Of a DNA stretch of 64,000 nt, positions 58,220 through 64,000 are shown piece after piece. The translations under genes were made by a program, and so were the position numbers. Origin of the DNA: an uncultured Thermococci archaeon (lineage in GTDB: Archaea > CAYQAE01 > CAYVLA01). Within the stretch, counting starts at the first letter, position 1. Every line of letters starts with the position of its first letter. The stretch lies in the NCBI GenBank assembly GCA_964549615.1, contig CAZJVP010000081.1, positions 1 to 64,000 on the forward strand. Reading direction: 5' to 3'. A model generated the notes under the pieces. That model searched no databases, was not told the origin of the DNA, and was given only the letters and a program-made list of their open reading frames with translations.

Positions 58220-58480
58220 TCAGCCCCCCATTTCTTTCCTGGCGAGTTCGACCATCTTTCGCCTTGCGCACACGGGGCAAAGCGATCCGCCGAATGGCCG
58301 ATTTGGCTTCCGGCTTGACTTGGATCGCCCGGCCTTCCGGTGAGGGACCGAGCTCAGGATCCTGCCACATTCGCATCTTGCCTTCCCGTGTTTCTTTCTC
58401 TTCAAACGGACCTGAACCCCTGTAAGGGTCCTCCTCACCCTCATTCTCATCGAACGCGACCTTAGGCTCCTGCGCGGCAT
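58220..58480 (-). CDS. rpl34e: 50S ribosomal protein L34e
   Basis: MPR..RSRS..RT, C.CG..L, PNRPFGG.LC..C; operon position. Confidence 0.92.
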   Translation of the reverse strand: MPRRSLRSRSMRMRVRRTLTGVQVRLKRKKHGKARCECGRILSSVPHRKAGRSKSSRKPNRPFGGSLCPVCARRKMVELARKEMGG

Positions 58481-59323
58481 CTAGACCACTCCGAACATCT
58501 TCCTGAATATTGAGCTGAACCAGGTGGCGGATGCAAAGTACCATGCTATGAAGCCGAACTGGTCAGCACTGATAGCATTGTTCTGGTGGAAGAACTGCAT
58601 GAAGCTCAACCTGAATGGCAGCTCGACCACGGGCACTAGGTTGTAATGGGCCTGGAGGAAGTAGAATACAGCGAACAGCGGAATCATGTAAATTATCATG
58701 GGCTTGAACTGGCTTCTCATCAGTTCCGACTGAAGGCTTAACATCTCCGCCTGCTTCTTCTTCATCTTGGCAATCTTCTTCTGGTCGCCGCTGCGCTGTG
58801 CGGCCATCAATTCCTTCTGGAACTCGCTCACCTTCTCCCGTACGACCTTGAGCCTCTTCTGATCAACCATGTAGTAGCTCAGCAACGTGGTGAAAAGTGA
58901 GGTGAGCGCGGAGAGGACGAAGATGACGAACTTGGCATTGCCCTGGCTCATCATCTTGGTGACCTCGAACTCGGCGACAAGCATCTCGCTCACGATCCTT
59001 TGCTGCTCGAAATCCACCCCGCTTACGTTGAGGTCAAGTCTCCACCTGCCCTCTCGGTTGAAAGGCGTCCTCCAGCTGAAGTTGCTCCCCGCCCCCACGT
59101 CGGCAAGCTTTTCAAGCCGGATCACGGTTCCGTCCGGACCGACGAAGTTGCCTTCCATGCTTATGCCCGTCAAAGAGGGATTGCCGATGGTGAGCCTGAA
59201 GAACACAGTGCTTCCTTCCATCACGCTTGCGTTCAGAACCTGGAGGGTGGAGCCTTGGCAGGACGCTTCCTGCAGAACCGCAATGAACAGCAGCGCGGCC
59301 CATGCTTTGACCCGTATTCGCAC
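58481..59323 (-). CDS. EMC3/TMCO1 (DUF106, Oxa1 superfamily) membrane protein with an extra N-terminal exported domain
   Basis: C-terminal TM-coiled-coil-TM core (VDQKRLK..QKEL..A, FKPMIIYMIP, VELPF, WYF..S..RK.FG); ~130-aa N-terminal extension with a signal peptide. Confidence 0.88.
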   Translation of the reverse strand: MRIRVKAWAALLFIAVLQEASCQGSTLQVLNASVMEGSTVFFRLTIGNPSLTGISMEGNFVGPDGTVIRLEKLADVGAGSNFSWRTPFNREGRWRLDLNVSGVDFEQQRIVSEMLVAEFEVTKMMSQGNAKFVIFVLSALTSLFTTLLSYYMVDQKRLKVVREKVSEFQKELMAAQRSGDQKKIAKMKKKQAEMLSLQSELMRSQFKPMIIYMIPLFAVFYFLQAHYNLVPVVELPFRLSFMQFFHQNNAISADQFGFIAWYFASATWFSSIFRKMFGVV

Positions 59324-59324
59324 C

Positions 59325-60689
59325 TCATCTCCTCCCCAGGAACTCACGGACGATCGGGAACATCTCCGCGGCCTGCTCCCTCTGGATCTCCTGGTACAAC
59401 TGGTATACTATGCCCACGGTCAGCAACACGCCCGTTCCGGAACCTAGCGCATTGGTGAGGTCCGCGAAGCTGGCAAGAAGGCCCACGAATATCCCTCCAA
59501 GGACCGTCACCGCAGGGATGTAACGATCCAGGATCTTCTCGATGATCCTCCTGTCCTTGCGAAAGCCCGGGATGTGCATGCCGGACTCGTGTATCTGCCT
59601 TGCAACCTCCCGTGGCCCGACGTTCGTCAGCTCGGACCAGAGCAAAGCGAAGACCACGCAGCAGGCGATGACGACGAGAACGTAAACCAAGGCATGGACA
59701 GCATACCCGGGGGTTGACCCGAAAGTGAAAAGATCGCCCGGGTGTCGCATGTAGTAGACGAGGCCGGATCTTGGCACGTTGTCGACCACCTTGCCGAGGA
59801 TGTATATGCCCCTCGAGCTCAGAACGCTAGCCCAAAGCTGGATGTTGGCGAAGAGCGCCATCGTGAGTATGACTGGGATGTTCGAGGTGTAGACGAACCT
59901 GATCGGGTACTTTCCCTTCATGCCTACCCTGCTGTATGAGAGGGGAATCTCCACCCTCATGCCCTCCGCGTACACGACAATTAGAAAGACGACGATCGTG
60001 AAGAAAACGGAGACCATGCTCGGCATCGGATATGGCCTCCAGATCTGTGGGGTTCCCTTCAGAAGCGAGCCGAGGAAGGCCGGGATCGCTCCAACGACCT
60101 GTCCGTAGCTTGGGTCACGAAGGGGATTGATCGACCCTGAGACGATCTCCTGCGATACGCCTGCGGCTATGAATAGGCTCACGCCGCTCCCGATCCCCCA
60201 CTTCGAAACCACCTCGTCGAGGAACATGACGAGGATGCCCCCGATCGCGAGCTGCACCATGATGATCCAGAGCGGGACCACGGGCCTGTACGAATAGCTG
60301 TAGACGAATCCCTCGAAGAAGCAGAGGATGATCGTTAGGAGTTTCTGGGTTCCTTGAAAAAGTGCCCTGTGATCGGGTTGGCTCAGATCAAGGTCAATGA
60401 TCTTCCCGCCGACCAAGAGCTGCAGCACTATGCTGGCCGTGACGATCGGGCCGATCCCGAGCGCCAGAATGGATCCTCGGCTTCCGGCCAAGACGGCCCG
60501 AAGGGGCCCGAAGAGATCAGCTAGGGATTCCTCCGCGATCCCATACACGGGTATCTGGAGAAGGGCGTAGTAGAGGACCAGGACCCCGCCCGTCCAGATG
60601 AACTTCTCCTTGAACGAAACGTGGCGCTTGGGCTTGTCCACTTCCGGCAGAAACCTGAGAACCGGATCCAGTATCTCCAACCTAGACAA
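59325..60689 (-). CDS. secY: Preprotein translocase subunit SecY
   Basis: LPEV..P, LGIGPIVTASI..QLL, DEVVSKWGIGSGVSLFIAA, YTSNIPVIL, IPGFR, GSGTGVLL. Confidence 0.97.
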   Translation of the reverse strand: MSRLEILDPVLRFLPEVDKPKRHVSFKEKFIWTGGVLVLYYALLQIPVYGIAEESLADLFGPLRAVLAGSRGSILALGIGPIVTASIVLQLLVGGKIIDLDLSQPDHRALFQGTQKLLTIILCFFEGFVYSYSYRPVVPLWIIMVQLAIGGILVMFLDEVVSKWGIGSGVSLFIAAGVSQEIVSGSINPLRDPSYGQVVGAIPAFLGSLLKGTPQIWRPYPMPSMVSVFFTIVVFLIVVYAEGMRVEIPLSYSRVGMKGKYPIRFVYTSNIPVILTMALFANIQLWASVLSSRGIYILGKVVDNVPRSGLVYYMRHPGDLFTFGSTPGYAVHALVYVLVVIACCVVFALLWSELTNVGPREVARQIHESGMHIPGFRKDRRIIEKILDRYIPAVTVLGGIFVGLLASFADLTNALGSGTGVLLTVGIVYQLYQEIQREQAAEMFPIVREFLGRR

Positions 60690-60711
60690 GCCAACAACCG
60701 TCCTATGAACC

Positions 60712-61167
60712 TCAATCGCCCGGACGAGCCGCCTCGATGCGAAGTTCCCCTCCCGCCTCCGAGATCTTCCTCGACGCAATCGAGGTTGAGCTCTTGGCGG
60801 TGATGACCCATGCGTTCTTAGCCAGGCCGCCGCCGAGGAGTTTGTCAAAGCCGATCTTGGAAAGGTCCATATAGACCTTGCCGTCCTTCATCTCCGCGAG
60901 ACCGGACGAGAGGTATGAATCCAGTCTTTCTTCGAGGGAGCCAATGTTGATTGCGCGGGGAGCTCCACGCAGCACGGGCGGCCTGCCCGGTCCCTTGTGG
61001 ACGAAGTACGAGGGGTCGTACCTCAGATACCAGCTCTTGCGGTGTTTGAACGCGCCAGCGTTGCCCCTGCCTCCGCGGTGTCCGGCGCCCCTGCGCATCT
61101 TGGCGTTTCCGCCTCCGCAGGTCCTGCTGCCGCGATACTTCCTCGTCTTCCTGTTCTTCAGAGCCAT
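60712..61167 (-). CDS. rpl15: 50S ribosomal protein L15
   Basis: KTRKYRGSRTCG.G..RGAG.RGGRGNAG, K.LG.G, A..KI..AGG. Confidence 0.95.
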   Translation of the reverse strand: MALKNRKTRKYRGSRTCGGGNAKMRRGAGHRGGRGNAGAFKHRKSWYLRYDPSYFVHKGPGRPPVLRGAPRAINIGSLEERLDSYLSSGLAEMKDGKVYMDLSKIGFDKLLGGGLAKNAWVITAKSSTSIASRKISEAGGELRIEAARPGD

Positions 61168-61176
61168 ACGATCATC

Positions 61177-61641
61177 CTATATCATCTGCTTCAGCAATGA
61201 GTCTATTGCGTCCCCCCTGTTGCCGAAGGCCCCACCTTCCTCCACGGATTTCTTCACGCTCCTGTATCCCTTGGACGGCGGGCTGCATCTGAATGTTCGT
61301 TTGAGACCCGGAACATCGTCCAGGCTGGCCTTTCCCTTGTGGAGGGCCTCCGCGAAAGCCGCAATCGAGGCGAATGCTGTCCTGCCTGACAGGTACTCAT
61401 CCGTCAACCTGCCAAATCCGCGAACCTCGCCACGCTTTCGTAGCAACATCTCTAGGACGGCTTGTGAAGGCGGGCCGTACGTTACCAAGTGCCTCACGCT
61501 CTGAAGCATCCCCAGGTATGTCTCGTTGTCATCGACCAACACCACGTTGTTCGGCCTCTTCAGTCCCAGCTGATCAAGGACTCTTCTGGTCTCTCTGGGG
61601 ACGTTCACCGAGCCTCTGATCCTGACAACAGCGAGCTTCAT
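61177..61641 (-). CDS. rpl30: 50S ribosomal protein L30 (archaeal long form)
   Basis: AVVRIRG, GMLQ.V..VTYG, FR.SPPSKG, GG.FG.RG..I..LL..MI. Confidence 0.95.
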   Translation of the reverse strand: MKLAVVRIRGSVNVPRETRRVLDQLGLKRPNNVVLVDDNETYLGMLQSVRHLVTYGPPSQAVLEMLLRKRGEVRGFGRLTDEYLSGRTAFASIAAFAEALHKGKASLDDVPGLKRTFRCSPPSKGYRSVKKSVEEGGAFGNRGDAIDSLLKQMI

Positions 61642-61675
61642 CACAAACACCAAGTCTGGTCCTCGAATGGACGCT

Positions 61676-62524
61676 CTACTCTTCTTCCCCAGCGTCCTCC
61701 TCGCCCTCAGGCTCTTCCTCCCCTTCGACCTCCTCCAAACCCTCCTCGCCCTCGACCTCTTCTTCTGCCTCCAGGAGTGGCACCTCAACCTCGGCCTCCA
61801 GGCCCTCTTTCTTGAGCTCCTTCACCACCTCTTCGACTTCGAGCTTTGGCCCTACTGGTGCCGCGGCGATCTGGATCGGCTTGGTCTCCGCCAAAACGAT
61901 TCCCAACTTCTCGATGTGCTCGGGCCGCACCTGAACCGCGGTGGTCATCCTGAGGGCATTGAACGTCGCTGTCGCAAAGTTCAAGGTCGTCCTGCTATCG
62001 CCCTCAACTTTCGACCAGACATCCTCCACCCCAGCTAGCTCAAGCACGGTTTTCGCTACGTCACCTGCTGCCAGGCGAACGCCTCGCGGCGCCGGCATCA
62101 AGGTGACCTCAACGCTTCCCGACTTGCCCACGACCCTGAATGGGATCGAGTGAGGCTTCCCGCAGCCGCACTCCCAGCTTCCACATCCCCGTCGCACGCA
62201 GATGAGGTTCTTCTTGCCTTCCTCGATTGCCTTCTGTATCGAGTTGTATACCTCTTTCGCCTTGCCCTGTCCGATGCCGACGTACCCGTCTCTATTTCCG
62301 ACTGCGACGGTCACGCGGTATCTCAGCTTGCGTCCTGAGCGATCCCTCCGTTGAACCCTGCTGATCTCCAGTATCTCGCTGTCCAAGTTAGGGACGAGGC
62401 GATCGATTATCTCGGTTTCGAGCACGGGTAGGCCCTTCTCCATGATCTCCCTTAGGGAGGTTATGGAGCCCTCGAGGACCTTTTTCCCAAGCTCAGTTCG
62501 TGGAGTCCAAACCTTCTCCTCCAT
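61676..62524 (-). CDS. rps5: 30S ribosomal protein S5 with acidic C-terminal tail
   Basis: WTPRTELG, VGNRDGYVGIG, RRGCGSWEC.C..PHS.PF, PAPRG, GVEDVWS. Confidence 0.96.
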   Translation of the reverse strand: MEEKVWTPRTELGKKVLEGSITSLREIMEKGLPVLETEIIDRLVPNLDSEILEISRVQRRDRSGRKLRYRVTVAVGNRDGYVGIGQGKAKEVYNSIQKAIEEGKKNLICVRRGCGSWECGCGKPHSIPFRVVGKSGSVEVTLMPAPRGVRLAAGDVAKTVLELAGVEDVWSKVEGDSRTTLNFATATFNALRMTTAVQVRPEHIEKLGIVLAETKPIQIAAAPVGPKLEVEEVVKELKKEGLEAEVEVPLLEAEEEVEGEEGLEEVEGEEEPEGEEDAGEEE

Positions 62525-62525
62525 G

Positions 62526-63098
62526 CTAGGCCTCCGTAAAGCTGCTGTTGATCCTGGCTAGGACCTCGTCCACGAGCCGGGGAAAAGATGCAAGATCCAG
62601 AGCCTTCTTCCTGTACTTGGCTATGGACGGGTCCTCGGCGAATGCCTTCGCCACTTCCTCCCCTCTGATCCTTTCCATCTTGGGATAGCACCCCTCGTCG
62701 CAGGGCACCTTCAACCCGGCGTCAACCGCCCCCTTCACCACGGCGAAGATGTTGGAACGCGCACCGGGGATCAGCAGCCCGGCATCGAGTATCGCCCTTT
62801 CCACTCCGGCCCTGACGGCACGCTTCCCGATCAAGAAGCCCGTGAGGTACCCTGTGGAGCCGCAGGCACCGTGGCCGTGCCAGTTGAAGTCCCTTGCCAA
62901 CTCCTTGGAGTGAGCCGAAACGACGGTGATATCTCCCTTATCCGAGGGGACCACGACGTGGGCGAAGTAGTGCGCGTTGGACCTCCTCACGACCAACCGA
63001 GGAATCCCGGATGCCAGATACCGTGCTCTCCTCCTGTAGTCGGTCTTGCCCTCGCGCCTCCTCTTCAAAGCGAGCCTGTAGGTAGGTCCCTTCGCCAT
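62526..63098 (-). CDS. rpl18: 50S ribosomal protein L18
   Basis: MA.GP.Y...RRREGKTDY..R, RLVVR.SN, YLTG, KGAVDAGL. Confidence 0.96.
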   Translation of the reverse strand: MAKGPTYRLALKRRREGKTDYRRRARYLASGIPRLVVRRSNAHYFAHVVVPSDKGDITVVSAHSKELARDFNWHGHGACGSTGYLTGFLIGKRAVRAGVERAILDAGLLIPGARSNIFAVVKGAVDAGLKVPCDEGCYPKMERIRGEEVAKAFAEDPSIAKYRKKALDLASFPRLVDEVLARINSSFTEA

Positions 63099-63100
63099 GG

Positions 63101-63550
63101 CTAGCCCCTCAGCATACCTTTCTCAGCAACATAGGTCTCCAGATGGGATATGCTTCTGAAGTATCCGGACTTCGCCATCCTGTAGAGGGTCCGGTAATCC
63201 GCACGCTCTATCTTGCGCTGATCCCGCATCTCGCAGAGCTTTGCTCTGATGGCCCTTATCGACCGAATCCACGTCGCCTTTTTCGGCGCTCTCGCCCGAT
63301 GGGCACCCTTTCTCGTCCCGTGGCCTCTCCTCCTGCCCCGCGAGATCTGGATTCGCCTGGCCCGAAGCCTGCCCTTGGATATCGTTTTCGGGGGTCGCGC
63401 TGCGATCTTGCCCTCCCGTATCAGCCTTCGCACGTCATCTCTCGTGATCGCAGCAGAGATCTCGCCCGACTTGTCCGGATCGAACCACACGCTACGCTGC
63501 CCGACGCCCAAGATCTCTGCTGCCACTCTTCTAACCAATCTTGTGGTCAA
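63101..63550 (-). CDS. rpl19e: 50S ribosomal protein L19e
   Basis: RVAAEIL.VG..VW.DP, AITRDDVR.LI, GRRRG.G.RKG..AR, YR.LY..AK.G.F. Confidence 0.96.
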   Translation of the reverse strand: MTTRLVRRVAAEILGVGQRSVWFDPDKSGEISAAITRDDVRRLIREGKIAARPPKTISKGRLRARRIQISRGRRRGHGTRKGAHRARAPKKATWIRSIRAIRAKLCEMRDQRKIERADYRTLYRMAKSGYFRSISHLETYVAEKGMLRG

Positions 63551-63559
63551 CTCAGACCC

Positions 63560-63925
63560 CTACCTATTCAGCACTTTGATCTTAAGCTCGTCTGCCCTGG
63601 CTAGGATCTTCTCTCGCTTCATGAGGCCGACCTTGCCTGATATCCGCACGGCATGGATGGAAGGATCGAGGGACTCAAGTTCACCGGTATTGGAAACGAG
63701 AACCTCTCTGTACCCTGACGGGTGAATCGACCTCACGCGCCTGTCGCCCGCGTAGCCGGCCTTGGGCCTTCTCGGCTTGCCGCCAATCAACAGCCTCATC
63801 TTGCTTCCTATTCCTCTGGGCCTCCGCCAGGTGACTCCGAGTCTACGCATGTGGATGCCCCTGTTGCGGACGAACCGAGGCTTTCTCGTGGATCTTGGGC
63901 GCGTCGCCGTCTTCATGACCGTCAA
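63560..63925 (-). CDS. rpl32e: 50S ribosomal protein L32e
   Basis: KPRF.R, WRRPRGI.SKMR, HPSGY.EVLV.N..EL, KVLN. Confidence 0.95.
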   Translation of the reverse strand: MTVMKTATRPRSTRKPRFVRNRGIHMRRLGVTWRRPRGIGSKMRLLIGGKPRRPKAGYAGDRRVRSIHPSGYREVLVSNTGELESLDPSIHAVRISGKVGLMKREKILARADELKIKVLNR

Positions 63926-64000
63926 TCCTCCGCTGGCGCAGCCTTCGCGACCAGGTAGACCCCGTCTTGGAATATCCGTCGGTCCTTGTGTCTTACGACC
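63922..64000 (-). CDS. rpl6: 50S ribosomal protein L6, 3' end (partial)
   Basis: The reverse strand reads VVRHKDRRIFQDGVYLVAK..., the archaeal L6 C-terminal D.R.FQDG.Y motif, directly upstream of L32e. Confidence 0.9.
   Translation of the reverse strand, partial: VVRHKDRRIFQDGVYLVAKAAPAED

Overview
GC-rich archaeal chromosomal window. Archaeal-type ribosomal proteins L14e, L19e, L32e and L34e, Cbf5, an EMC3/DUF106 protein and an intron-containing tRNA point to an archaeon; I cannot resolve the lineage further. The first ~41 kb is an accessory metabolic region rich in mostly signal-peptide-less carbohydrate-active enzymes (GH36, GH20, GHL6/fucosidase-like, BNR sialidase-like, beta-helix, a secreted 5-bladed propeller, several unassigned GH-like proteins). 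It also holds an ABC-2 exporter, Re-citrate synthase, an acetate/CoA cluster and a GMP synthase-like subunit, interleaved with six paralogues of an uncharacterised membrane-anchored surface protein family. From 41.6 to 44.6 kb there is a gene-poor stretch with AbrB-like and RHH/Zn-ribbon regulators and five copies of a 14-bp palindrome (YGAYAC-WT-GTRTCR), followed by PolX-PHP. The most striking locus is 46.7-55.5 kb, a tightly packed three-gene operon. It encodes an McrB-type AAA+ GTPase fused to a ~14-16-helix membrane domain, a 1,660-aa membrane-anchored protein with 15 fibronectin-III repeats, and an McrC/DUF2357-like protein with no recognisable nuclease motif. The window ends with a two-intron tRNA-Ser(GGA), overlapped by the stop codon of a methyltransferase gene, and the distal spc ribosomal operon. 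All calls come from motif reading by eye; no searches were run.
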